Shown piece by piece: positions 1-7,833 of a DNA stretch of 32,000 nucleotides. The stretch's first letter is position 1. Each line of letters starts with the position of its first letter. Origin of the DNA: Sulfolobus acidocaldarius DSM 639 (GTDB lineage Archaea; Thermoproteota; Thermoprotei_A; Sulfolobales; Sulfolobaceae). The stretch is taken from contig NC_007181.1 of assembly GCF_000012285.1 (NCBI RefSeq), forward strand, positions 750,001 through 782,000, given 5' to 3'. The notes beneath the pieces were generated by a model, which did no database searches, was not told the DNA's origin, and saw nothing but the letters and a program-made list of their open reading frames with translations. The translations under genes and the position numbers were made by a program.

Positions 1-23
1 TCAGGATAAACCCTTATTTAAAC

Positions 24-425
24 ATGCTTATATCAATGCCTACAGTAATAAAAAGAAACACTGACAATTATGTTGTATATATTGCGGTCATTCCCCCTTT
101 AATTACTCATGGGGAGATTATTCAAAAACTAAGTAGTTCAATGGATATTCAGGATGCATGTAGGGGTTATTCTAAAGCAATGTGTTATTGTATGGTATAT
201 GGTGGTATTGTTGTTGAGTTCGAGAACGGGGAATTTACTCACATTACAGTTGAGGGTTTTGTTAGCAATGGTAGTAATGGGGATGTATTTACTTTGAATA
301 AGTTTTTGCAGAATCCATACTCATGCTACGCCTTTAACGAGGATGTATTATGTTTCTCGTTATCTAAACCATTTGGTTCCTCTAGGTTTATAGATAATAT
401 TGGTTTAAGATATATTATTGATTAG
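24..425 (+). CDS. hypothetical protein (133 aa)
   Basis: Intact ORF with no motif I can assign. Cys-rich patch CRGYSKAMCYCMVYGG. 4-nt convergent overlap with the next gene. Start uncertain because a TATA-like cttatttaaac lies only about 8 nt upstream. Confidence 0.4.
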   Translation: MLISMPTVIKRNTDNYVVYIAVIPPLITHGEIIQKLSSSMDIQDACRGYSKAMCYCMVYGGIVVEFENGEFTHITVEGFVSNGSNGDVFTLNKFLQNPYSCYAFNEDVLCFSLSKPFGSSRFIDNIGLRYIID

Positions 426-841
426 GGGTATTCTATTAGTGCGTAGCTATTTTCTCCCTCGTAAATCTTTACTCTTACCTTGAATTTTTTCTCTAATTTT
501 TCATAAATATCTTTAGCAATTTCTGAGCCAATGTATTCCACTGTGGGGAAATCTTCCTCTATGATCTTGTATTCCACTTTAAAAGGTCCCTTTAACTCTA
601 TCTTCCTAGCATCTCTAGAGGGGATAATGAGTTTATGATCCCATTCCCTAATTACTTCATGAATTATTTTGGTCAGAATCATAAAGTCTATTACAAATCC
701 TGAATTTTTATCTACATCCTGTCCTTCAATCTCTACTGATAGTTTATATGTATGCCCATGAATTTGATCATTACCTTTCGATGAAAGTGTGTAATGCGCA
801 GAGTCGAATGAAAAGCCTTCAACTCCTATTACTACTTTCAT
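422..841 (-). CDS. 6-pyruvoyltetrahydropterin synthase / QueD family protein (COG0720-like), Cys-less variant
   Basis: 139 aa. Family motifs are FDSAHY (first Zn His), HGHTYKL (HGH Zn pair) and EWDHKLI (Asp-His dyad). The residue 4 positions before HGH, where QueD/PTPS carry the catalytic Cys, is Asn (KGNDQIHGH). Confidence 0.8.
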   Translation of the reverse strand: MKVVIGVEGFSFDSAHYTLSSKGNDQIHGHTYKLSVEIEGQDVDKNSGFVIDFMILTKIIHEVIREWDHKLIIPSRDARKIELKGPFKVEYKIIEEDFPTVEYIGSEIAKDIYEKLEKKFKVRVKIYEGENSYALIEYP

Positions 842-1328
842 TTAAGACCCTCCTAATGTTTTTATTAAAATGTTCCCATAAAGATTCACTTAAATATCTG
901 ATCTCGTCGCATAAAGATATTATGTTCTTATCTTTCTTTATACTATCTATGACCTGAGATAGTGAAATAATTTCTTGAAACTTTCCTGTTGCTAAAACTT
1001 TATCTTCAAATTTTAGTGAATCATGACCAATAATATAATCTTTACCATTTTCTATAGAATTATATATTGAATAAGTTAGTTCTTCTATGTTAACATTAAA
1101 GCTATTTACCTTATCATGTATCTCCCTTTCCAATGTGTCAATCTTCTCTTCAATTAAGGACTTGAGGGAATCCAATATTTCAATCTGTTCTTTAAAAGAT
1201 TCTATGTTCAGAAGATTACTGTATTTGGAGTTTTTAATGCACTCAGTCCCGCAAGGTATATCTATTTCTACTATTTTTAACTTCTCTTTTGGTTGAGCAT
1301 TAAGATAGTCGCTAATTATATTATTCAT
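819..1328 (-). CDS. hypothetical coiled-coil protein (169 aa from the first ATG)
   Basis: The ORF-track start at 1349 is TTG. The first ATG at 1328 gives MNNIISDY. Heptad-like helical stretch EQIEILDSLKSLIEEKIDTLEREIHDK. 23-nt overlap with the downstream PTPS-like gene suggests co-transcription. No family recognised. Confidence 0.5.
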   Translation of the reverse strand: MNNIISDYLNAQPKEKLKIVEIDIPCGTECIKNSKYSNLLNIESFKEQIEILDSLKSLIEEKIDTLEREIHDKVNSFNVNIEELTYSIYNSIENGKDYIIGHDSLKFEDKVLATGKFQEIISLSQVIDSIKKDKNIISLCDEIRYLSESLWEHFNKNIRRVLNESSNRS

Positions 1329-1343
1329 ATGTAATAATAAGTC

Positions 1344-1817
1344 ATGCAAGTAATAAGTATGAACTCACTCTTAAGTCTGGTTAGAGATTTTTGTTCAAGT
1401 ATAATTGACCATTATGGAAAGGATGTCAAAGGCATACTTATTGCGGGAGACGCATTAGAAAAGATGGATGAGGATTTAGAGATTTACATTATAGTGGTGA
1501 TAAGTAAATTGAGAAGAGTGTCGTTTTTGGCTAGGCAAGAGATAATAGAGTATTTTATAAACAAGTTGAAAAATAATCCACTATATAAAGAGTATATACT
1601 ATCTTATGGTCATAGACCATTGATCTACTCAATACTGGTTGATCCTGATGAGCTAGACTATAATATGCCGATAGTATTGTATGCTATGACAAGAGGTAAG
1701 ATATTATTAGATACAGATAATAAGATAAAGAATTTACTTCCTGAAAAAATTAGTATAATTGGAAAGAGTGTAATGAAAGTTGAAGACATAGATAAGGGTA
1801 AGGTGGTTGATCTATGA
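1344..1817 (+). CDS. minimal nucleotidyltransferase (MNT)-like protein, non-canonical motif
   Basis: 157 aa. GILIAGDALEKMDEDLEIYIIV aligns by eye to the MNT pattern G-S...D-x-D followed by a hydrophobic strand, but reads G-D...D-L-E. ATGA overlap with a HEPN-like ORF, the usual MNT-HEPN arrangement. An alternative ATG lies at 1359. Confidence 0.45.
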   Translation: MQVISMNSLLSLVRDFCSSIIDHYGKDVKGILIAGDALEKMDEDLEIYIIVVISKLRRVSFLARQEIIEYFINKLKNNPLYKEYILSYGHRPLIYSILVDPDELDYNMPIVLYAMTRGKILLDTDNKIKNLLPEKISIIGKSVMKVEDIDKGKVVDL

Positions 1818-2224
1818 ACAACAGTTCGTTAGCATCGGAATTTCTTACCAGGTCATTTAGGGATCTATCAGATTGTAAGAAGGCTTTTGAAGAAGGAGAT
1901 TTACTAGGTTCTCTGAGACGAATGTACGAATTAGTAGAAAATATTAGCTTTAGCATGTTAGTATTATATGGCTTTTACTACAAAGGATCTCATAAGGCTC
2001 AATTTCTTGAGCTCTTAAGAGGTAAAGCCAGTGAAAAGGAGAATAAACTAATTGATGAGTTAGAATTGTTGGAGCAAAGACTTTATGCCCTCCTCTTGGT
2101 AGAAGAGTCCTCACTGAAAATGTACTCCATATTAGCAAGAAACATAGATGTAAAGGCGCTCATTAAAAAAGTTGAAGATTTATTTGAGCTAGCTAATACA
2201 GTTTTTGATGAGTTCCATAGTTGA
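1814..2224 (+). CDS. HEPN-domain-like protein, partner of the MNT-like ORF
   Basis: 136 aa, all-helical. The N-terminal ASEFLTRSFRDLSDCKKAFEEGDLLGSLRRMYELVENISFSMLV...SHKAQFLELL follows the HEPN helix pattern. The C-terminal RNIDVK sits where HEPN proteins carry R-N-x3-H, so His is replaced by Lys. Confidence 0.45.
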   Translation: MNNSSLASEFLTRSFRDLSDCKKAFEEGDLLGSLRRMYELVENISFSMLVLYGFYYKGSHKAQFLELLRGKASEKENKLIDELELLEQRLYALLLVEESSLKMYSILARNIDVKALIKKVEDLFELANTVFDEFHS

Positions 2225-2405
2225 TCTTGACAACGCAACATGTAGTAGTGATATAATAGAGGCACTAGGATATTACTCAATGGATATAATCTACAGAATA
2301 AGCAGAAAAAACCCGTATTTCAAATCGGTTATGGAAAAGTATAAGATCGAGATAATAAGAGAAGAGGGGAATAAAATATACTTCAGAATACGTTCTATTG
2401 GTTAA
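2205..2405 (+). CDS. small hypothetical protein (66 aa, or 41 aa from the ATG at 2281)
   Basis: The only ORF filling an otherwise 190-nt gap in a very compact region. Strand-like C-terminus [21 protein letters not shown]. No homology recognised. Confidence 0.3.
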   Translation: MMSSIVDLDNATCSSDIIEALGYYSMDIIYRISRKNPYFKSVMEKYKIEIIREEGNKIYFRIRSIG

Positions 2406-2416
2406 ACTTTTACTCT

Positions 2417-3028
2417 ATGTTGAGAAGGATCTTCGGTTTTAGCGAAAGAGATGATTATGTCTCAGCAAGTATACTAAATATCATGATTAACAGTGATGAC
2501 TATATCGAGGAACTAAATAGCTTAATAAGAGGTAGAAAAGTTGCTGTGGTCGGAGCAGGACCAAACTTAGAAGAAGTCACAGAGATTGAGGAAGATGTTA
2601 TTATTAGTGCTGATGGTGCCACAAACTATCTAGTGAGTAAAGGCATAACTCCTGATATAGTAGTCACAGACTTAGACGGCATTACAGTGTTCCCTGATTC
2701 TCTATATGTGGTTTTAGCTCACGGTGACAACATAAAACTGTTATATAAAGCCAAAAGGATGAAAAGACTAATTGGCACCTGTCAAGTTATGCCCTTTGGA
2801 AGACTAAGGTTATTCGGGGGATTTACTGATGGTGATAGAGCAGTAGTCTTAGCCAAGCTTTTCAACGCAAAATCTGTTACTCTATACGGTATGGACTTCG
2901 ATTCAGGTATTGTAGGAAAGTATTCTAAACCCTACTATAAAAACAATATATATTCTAGTTGGGTTAAACAAAAAAAATTAAAAATAGCTAAGTGGATAAT
3001 CGAAAAATTTTTAAGTAAAGATTTTTAA
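2417..3028 (+). CDS. MptE-like 6-hydroxymethyl-7,8-dihydropterin pyrophosphokinase (DUF115 family)
   Basis: 203 aa. [39 protein letters not shown] and LAHGDN match my recollection of the DUF115/MptE signature (GAGPSL ... aDga ... Pd.vvtDlD). Confidence 0.7.
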   Translation: MLRRIFGFSERDDYVSASILNIMINSDDYIEELNSLIRGRKVAVVGAGPNLEEVTEIEEDVIISADGATNYLVSKGITPDIVVTDLDGITVFPDSLYVVLAHGDNIKLLYKAKRMKRLIGTCQVMPFGRLRLFGGFTDGDRAVVLAKLFNAKSVTLYGMDFDSGIVGKYSKPYYKNNIYSSWVKQKKLKIAKWIIEKFLSKDF

Positions 3029-3047
3029 GTTCTCAGTTAACTTTATT

Positions 3048-4208
3048 GTGGGATGTCTATTCTCGGTTAATTCGAAAAAAGTCAGGATATTTGATACAAC
3101 TCTAAGAGATGGAGAGCAAGCTCCAGGAATAGACTTGACAGTTGATCAAAAAATAAGGGTCGCAAAGAGATTAGCTGAGCTAGGAGTTGATGTCATAGAG
3201 GCTGGTTTTCCAGCATCTTCTGACGGAGAATTTGAAGCAACTAAAAAAATCTTATCTGAGATAGGAGATCAAGTAGAAGTAACTGGGTTATCAAGGTCTG
3301 TAAAACAGGATATAGATAGAACGATTGATACAGGGTTATCAAGTATTCATATCTTCATAGCTACATCAGATATCCATCTGAAATATAAATTAAAAATGAC
3401 AAGAGAAGAGGTCTTAAATAGAATTTATGAGTCAGTGAGATATGCTAAGGATCACGGATTAATAGTTGAATATTCACCTGAAGACGCGACTAGAAGTGAT
3501 GAAGAGTTCTTATTGAAGGCAGTTAAAACGGCAATAGATGCTGGAGCGGATAGGATTAACATTCCAGATACAGTAGGTGTAATGCACCCCTTCAAGTTTT
3601 ATGATCTGATAAGTAAGATAGTTAAGGTAACTGGAGATAAGATAGTCAGTGTTCATTGCCATAACGATTTCGGTTTGGCTACTGCGAATTCTATAGCAGG
3701 TGTTATGGCTGGAGCTCGGCAAGTCCATGTTACAGTAAACGGAATTGGTGAAAGAGCGGGAAATGCCTCGTTGGAAGAAGTCGTAATGTCACTGAAGAAA
3801 CTCTTAGGTTATGATGTGGGCGTAAGAACTTACTTGCTATACGAAGTGAGCAGATATGTTGCAGAGCTTACAGGTGTTCCAGTGCCTTACTTTAAGGCTA
3901 TAGTAGGTGAGAACGCATTTGGACATGAGGCAGGAATACATGTTCATGGAGTTATTGAAAATCCTATGACATATGAGCCAATCTCCCCAGAAGAGGTAGG
4001 GAACTTCAGAAGGATCGCATTAGGGAAGCATAGTGGGATACATGGATTGAAGAGATTACTGGAGGAACAAGGGATATTTCTAGACGATACTCAATTGAGA
4101 GAGGTTCTAAAAGAGATAAAAAGTTTAGCAGAAGCTGGTAACAAAGTAACATCAGCTGATGCCAAAGCGATAGCTATTAAAGTAATTAATAAAAAGATAA
4201 CCGCATGA
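3048..4208 (+). CDS. 2-isopropylmalate / citramalate / homocitrate synthase family enzyme (DRE-TIM), short form without a regulatory domain
   Basis: GTG start. 386 aa. Motifs [29 protein letters not shown] and [14 protein letters not shown] are diagnostic of the HMGL-like Claisen condensing family. Substrate specificity cannot be read by eye. Confidence 0.85.
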   Translation: MGCLFSVNSKKVRIFDTTLRDGEQAPGIDLTVDQKIRVAKRLAELGVDVIEAGFPASSDGEFEATKKILSEIGDQVEVTGLSRSVKQDIDRTIDTGLSSIHIFIATSDIHLKYKLKMTREEVLNRIYESVRYAKDHGLIVEYSPEDATRSDEEFLLKAVKTAIDAGADRINIPDTVGVMHPFKFYDLISKIVKVTGDKIVSVHCHNDFGLATANSIAGVMAGARQVHVTVNGIGERAGNASLEEVVMSLKKLLGYDVGVRTYLLYEVSRYVAELTGVPVPYFKAIVGENAFGHEAGIHVHGVIENPMTYEPISPEEVGNFRRIALGKHSGIHGLKRLLEEQGIFLDDTQLREVLKEIKSLAEAGNKVTSADAKAIAIKVINKKITA

Positions 4209-4825
4209 TTAGATTTTTCTTACACTCATGTTTTCTTATAGATAAGTTAATTCTAATAGATCCACACGATGGTGCAAGTATTGGTCTACCTAAACCTGAG
4301 ACTAAAGCCCCTTTAGTACTTATTACTCATGATCATTATGATCACAATGCATATGAGATAATACCTCACGAGACAGTTAAGCTAAAGGAGTATGGAGAAT
4401 TTACGTTCAGAAACTATACTATAAAAGGGTTCAGAGCTTATCACGATAAAGAAAAAGGCAGGAGAAGAGGAGAAACTGCGATATATAAAATTATAACTCC
4501 AAACGGTAACTCCATAGTTCATTTGGGAGATATTGGTCATGTACCAGAGAATATTGAGGAAATAAAGAATTCAGATGTTTTATTATTACCAGTAGGAGGC
4601 GTCATAACTGTAAATGCTAAGGAGGCTACCGACATAGTCAACATTTTACGTCCTAGAATTGTTATCCCTATGCACTATTGGGTTAAGGGTCATTACATGC
4701 CTCTTAATCCTCTAGAGGAATTTCTTGGGATCATTAAGGATAGCAGAAAAATAGTGGAACTAGACGAAAAAGAATTTGACGAAAATACCTTACAAGAAAA
4801 CACTGTAATTATCTTTAAAGTTTGA
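4205..4825 (+). CDS. metallo-beta-lactamase-fold hydrolase
   Basis: 206 aa. HxHxDH motif in [10 protein letters not shown], with later His/Asp ligands (HLGDIGH, IPMHY). ATGA overlap with the upstream synthase gene. Confidence 0.75.
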   Translation: MIRFFLHSCFLIDKLILIDPHDGASIGLPKPETKAPLVLITHDHYDHNAYEIIPHETVKLKEYGEFTFRNYTIKGFRAYHDKEKGRRRGETAIYKIITPNGNSIVHLGDIGHVPENIEEIKNSDVLLLPVGGVITVNAKEATDIVNILRPRIVIPMHYWVKGHYMPLNPLEEFLGIIKDSRKIVELDEKEFDENTLQENTVIIFKV

Positions 4826-4991
4826 CTTTTTCTACCCTGGCAACCGGCACTGTCTCCTTGCTTATCTCATCCCTAACTAGTTTTTCAATTGCTTTCCTTA
4901 TTGCTTCTGATCTGTTTAAACCTGTTTTTATTGCATATCTGTCCAACAATTCTAACAAATCTTCTTCCACCTTAAATGTAACTACTCTCAT
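4815..4991 (-). CDS. ribbon-helix-helix (CopG/Arc-type) DNA-binding protein, 58 aa, absent from the ORF track
   Basis: Hand translation of the minus strand gives [58 protein letters not shown]. This is the classic RHH pattern: beta-strand VTFKV, helix A, G-x-S/N-R-S-E, helix B. ATG is at 4991-4989 and TAA at 4817-4815. Confidence 0.7.
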   Translation of the reverse strand: MRVVTFKVEEDLLELLDRYAIKTGLNRSEAIRKAIEKLVRDEISKETVPVARVEKVKL

Positions 4992-5110
4992 CTTTGTTAT
5001 CCCGATATTATACTTCTCATTTGTATGGTTTAAGTATTTTCTGGAGTGGTATTTCAGTCTCTTATTTTAAAGAGGAATCTATTATGATGAAGATTAATAT
5101 ATTCCCTTTC

Positions 5111-5122
5111 ATATATTTTTAT
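5111..5122 (+). promoter_or_regulatory. TATA-box candidate for the 5140 gene
   Basis: atatatttttat is centred about 24-26 nt upstream of the TTG start at 5140, which fits the leaderless Sulfolobus promoter geometry. Confidence 0.35.
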
Positions 5123-5139
5123 CATGAGGAGAATACATA

Positions 5140-5454
5140 TTGCCCACTATACACTTATCACTACCGGAATGGATATATGAGGAGCTTAAGAGGAAAGCTG
5201 ATGATATGGGTGTGCAGATTACTGACCTTGTAAAATTCTTTATAAAGATGGGTATAGAGGGATCTTTTGAGGGTAAACAGGGTGAAGAAGAAGAGAAGAA
5301 AGATGATAAGTATGCTAAACTAGAGGAAAATATCATTTATTTAGAAGCGAGAATGGCACAGCTGGAAACTTTAGTGGGCGAGCTGATCAAAAAATTTGAA
5401 GAAGAGGATGAAGAAGAGGAAGTGGAAATTATAAATAGGGATATTAAGAAATAA
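5140..5454 (+). CDS. RHH-like N-terminal domain protein with coiled-coil and poly-acidic tail (104 aa)
   Basis: TTG start. IHLSLPEWIYEELKRKADDMGVQITDLVKFFIKMG resembles a strand-helix-helix RHH. It is followed by EEEEKKDD, a heptad segment (LEARMAQLETLVGELIKKF) and EEEDEEEEVE. Confidence 0.55.
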   Translation: MPTIHLSLPEWIYEELKRKADDMGVQITDLVKFFIKMGIEGSFEGKQGEEEEKKDDKYAKLEENIIYLEARMAQLETLVGELIKKFEEEDEEEEVEIINRDIKK

Positions 5455-5461
5455 TTATATT

Positions 5462-5515
5462 GGGCCTGCGTGAAATGTCCTCGTGTTCCGAGGGCTTATG
5501 AGCGCAGGAGGGTCC
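5462..5515 (+). ncRNA. GC-rich nested-hairpin element, candidate structured small RNA of unknown class
   Basis: 34/54 G+C (63%) in a roughly 36% GC context. The outer stem CCUGCG(5465-5470)/CGCAGG(5503-5508) encloses the inner stem CCUCG(5479-5483)/CGAGG(5489-5493) with loop UGUUC. The asymmetric internal loop UGAAAUG / CUUAUGAG has possible tandem G.A pairs. The U5478-G5494 wobble favours the plus strand. Confidence 0.3.
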
Positions 5516-5544
5516 TAATTTTAGGAAAAATTTGATTATTATAA

Positions 5545-5608
5545 TAATGATGTTACAGGGACGAACTGAAAAACTATATTATGATGACTTGATTCCTCGT
5601 ACTGAATT
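5545..5608 (+). ncRNA. C/D box sRNA candidate (2'-O-methylation guide)
   Basis: Ordered boxes: C AUGAUGU (5547-5553), a 12-nt guide UACAGGGACGAA, D' CUGA (5566-5569), an 11-nt spacer, C' AUGAUGA (5581-5587), a 14-nt guide CUUGAUUCCUCGUA, and D CUGA (5602-5605). The element is intergenic and its 3' end touches the stop of the minus-strand RAM gene. Confidence 0.55.
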
Positions 5609-5834
5609 ACATAACGATTAAAGTTACGGTTCTCAAAATAGAGGTATTCCTTCTTACCTGAAATATTACTTTATTTAATTCATCTAGATTATCTGCTACG
5701 ATTTCAGCAACTACATCATACTCTCCATATACCGGGTTCGCTTCTTTTACTCCGTTTATTTTTCTTAGTTCATTAGAGACATCCACTTCTTTTCCAACAG
5801 CGGTTACGAGAAGAACATACGCCTTTACTGGCAT
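5607..5834 (-). CDS. stand-alone RAM (Lrp/AsnC ligand-binding) domain protein, 75 aa
   Basis: A beta-alpha-beta-beta-alpha-beta pattern, [53 protein letters not shown], typical of the AsnC-type effector domain. There is no HTH. Confidence 0.7.
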   Translation of the reverse strand: MPVKAYVLLVTAVGKEVDVSNELRKINGVKEANPVYGEYDVVAEIVADNLDELNKVIFQVRRNTSILRTVTLIVM

Positions 5835-5870
5835 AGTATAATTTTATATCATAAGAATATAAAATCTTTT

Positions 5871-7052
5871 TTATTTCAAGAGAAGTCTCTCTGAATCGAA
5901 AGATCTAATAACAAGTATTATTAGAACTACAGATATAATTGTTGTTACTAATAAAGAGAATATGGATTCTTGTATTGATCCGAATACATATGAGAGAAAC
6001 CCAAGACTCAATTGAACATAAGGTATGATGTATATTAGAGACAGAGGAAAGGACAGTTGTGCAGTGTTTATAAATAATGATATGAAGGAGGAAGCCATTC
6101 CAAAAGACAATATTAAGAAGTTAATTATCTGGATATTTCGTATGGATCCACCAAATATATATAGAAGAGCTAAGCTTAATGAGCCTGTTAGAAGTATGGA
6201 AATTAAATAAGTTATGACTATAAGGGCTAGTAGTTGGATCATCTCTGTAAGATTTATAGCCAAACCAATACCACTTACCGAAACGAAGATAATCGTTCCT
6301 AAAACATCACCAATGGAAGACAAAAAGCCCAGTAATGAGGCAGTCAGAAGTTTGGATACTATGAAAGAACGTACAGTCAGAGGGGTAGATAGTAAAGCCT
6401 CTAAGGTTCTTCTCTCTCTTTCTCCTGTTATTCCCTCTAGCAAGTAGAAAACTACTGGTGTCACGCTGGGGAATAGTATTAAAGCTACCAGTCTACTTAA
6501 TTGGGCTAGTTGATTTGCTGACGATGTTGTGGTTGAACCAGATGACGTCTTATAACCTAAAACTAAGTATATTGGATTCCTTATATCATCCACTGAAACT
6601 GACGTGTTGGCAAGTTTCTCAAGTTGAGCTATCCTTTGACTCGAAATATTGACCAGAAGATTATATAGAGCATTATTCACAATGTTTACTGCTTGCTGAT
6701 TCGAGGATATTACAACGTACAGTACCACATATGCCTGTCTACTTATGTTGGTCACATTATCGTAGAAGTCCTTAGGGAAAACTATTATTGCGTTAGGAGT
6801 AGTCCCGGAACTCGAATTCATTACAACAGTTGCACCACTAGATTCAATATTCTTCTCCACGAAATTTACGTAAGGAATATTTTTTGGATTTTGATTTATT
6901 ATTTCGATAACAGGTTGTTGAGCACCTAGTGTGGCAAATAAAATCAATCCAATTATTGGCAAGAGGATAAACGGTAATATTATGATTGAAACCAGTAACC
7001 TCTTATCCCTTCTGATTTCCATTAGTTCCTTTCTAAGAAATACTCTTATCAT
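5871..7052 (-). CDS. ABC-2 type transporter permease
   Basis: 393 aa. An N-terminal TM helix, a large extracytoplasmic loop, then 5 or more C-terminal TM helices. 20-nt overlap with the upstream ABC ATPase gene. Confidence 0.75.
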   Translation of the reverse strand: MIRVFLRKELMEIRRDKRLLVSIIILPFILLPIIGLILFATLGAQQPVIEIINQNPKNIPYVNFVEKNIESSGATVVMNSSSGTTPNAIIVFPKDFYDNVTNISRQAYVVLYVVISSNQQAVNIVNNALYNLLVNISSQRIAQLEKLANTSVSVDDIRNPIYLVLGYKTSSGSTTTSSANQLAQLSRLVALILFPSVTPVVFYLLEGITGERERRTLEALLSTPLTVRSFIVSKLLTASLLGFLSSIGDVLGTIIFVSVSGIGLAINLTEMIQLLALIVITYLISILLTGSLSLALLYIFGGSIRNIQIINFLILSFGMASSFISLFINTAQLSFPLSLIYIIPYVQLSLGFLSYVFGSIQESIFSLLVTTIISVVLIILVIRSFDSERLLLK

Positions 7053-7779
7053 TCCCTATCGCCTTCAGAAAAGCCTCCTCTAAGTTTTTTGAGTTATACT
7101 TCTCTGCTATTTGTTTGGGCATTCCAATCTCCACAATCTTTCCTTTGTTTATTAAGGCTATTCTATCACACATAAAGTCTACCTCCAACATATTATGTGA
7201 GGAGAAGAGTATTGTGGTATTGATTGAGCGGGGGAGTTCTCTTATAATTCTCCTTACTCTGACTGTGGACTCGACATCGAGCCCAGTTGTTGGCTCATCG
7301 AGAATGGCTAACCTTGGTTTCACCATGAGAGCTCTTGCTATCATGAGCCTCCTTTTCATTCCTCTACTGTAAATTGAGGTCTGTTCATATATCTTATTTC
7401 CTAAATCAGCTATTTTCACTCCTAACTCTAAGAATTCTTTCTCCAGTTCCTTATCTCCTCTCGCATATATCTGTGCAAACACCTCTAAATTTTCTATTCC
7501 CGATAATTTCTCATATGGAAATGCATCCTCTGGCATATAAGAAATATATCCTAGTTTTTTAGCTTCTTCAGGGGTGTATCCGAATATACTTATGTCACCT
7601 TCGTATTTTTTCAGAATTCCTGAAATAGCTCTTAAGGTAGTTGTCTTTCCTGCCCCGTTGGGTCCAATTAACCCAAATACTTCTCCTTTATACACCTGCA
7701 GAGAGATCCCATTTAGAACTTCTACGTTTTTATACTTCTTAACAAGGTTAGTAACACTGACAGCTATTTCGTCAGTCAT
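7033..7779 (-). CDS. ABC transporter ATP-binding protein (DrrA/CcmA-like exporter type)
   Basis: Walker [10 protein letters not shown], signature YSRGMKRRL, Walker [13 protein letters not shown], and H-loop SSHNM. Confidence 0.9.
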   Translation of the reverse strand: MTDEIAVSVTNLVKKYKNVEVLNGISLQVYKGEVFGLIGPNGAGKTTTLRAISGILKKYEGDISIFGYTPEEAKKLGYISYMPEDAFPYEKLSGIENLEVFAQIYARGDKELEKEFLELGVKIADLGNKIYEQTSIYSRGMKRRLMIARALMVKPRLAILDEPTTGLDVESTVRVRRIIRELPRSINTTILFSSHNMLEVDFMCDRIALINKGKIVEIGMPKQIAEKYNSKNLEEAFLKAIGNDKSIS

Positions 7780-7803
7780 TATACCATGATTCTTTTTGGG
7801 ATG

Positions 7804-7815
7804 TTATATTAAATA
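7804..7815. promoter_or_regulatory. shared bidirectional TATA element for divergent genes 7779(-) and 7834(+)
   Basis: ttatattaaata is the only AT-box in the 54-nt intergenic region. Its centre is about 30 nt from the ATG at 7779 and about 25 nt from the GTG at 7834. Confidence 0.4.
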
Positions 7816-7833
7816 GTTTTCAGATATACAGTT

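Noticed and set aside
5058-5076. Small palindrome CTCTT-ATTTTA-AAGAG between the two RHH genes, considered as a possible operator
   Set aside because: The arms are only 5 bp in AT-rich DNA and are easily explained by chance. The site lies about 75 nt from either start codon, not over a predicted TATA or TSS.
4822-5233. ORF-track entries 4822-5070 (+, 82 aa) and 4994-5233 (+, 79 aa)
   Set aside because: The first is the antisense shadow of the convincing 58-aa RHH gene and is hydrophobic, low-complexity S/L/F-rich. The second spans the divergent promoter region and runs out of frame into the 5140 gene. Neither has protein-like features.
5270-5450. GAA/GAG-rich repetitive DNA
   Set aside because: It is in-frame coding for the poly-Glu/Lys tail of the 104-aa protein. 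It is not a tandem repeat locus or a CRISPR-like array.
5462-5515. tRNA or H/ACA sRNA interpretation of the GC-rich hairpin
   Set aside because: There is no cloverleaf: the acceptor, D and T arm geometry is absent and the UGUUC loop has only 5 nt. There is no ACA/ANA box after the basal stem and no K-turn or K-loop in the apical stem. It is kept only as an unclassified structured-RNA candidate.
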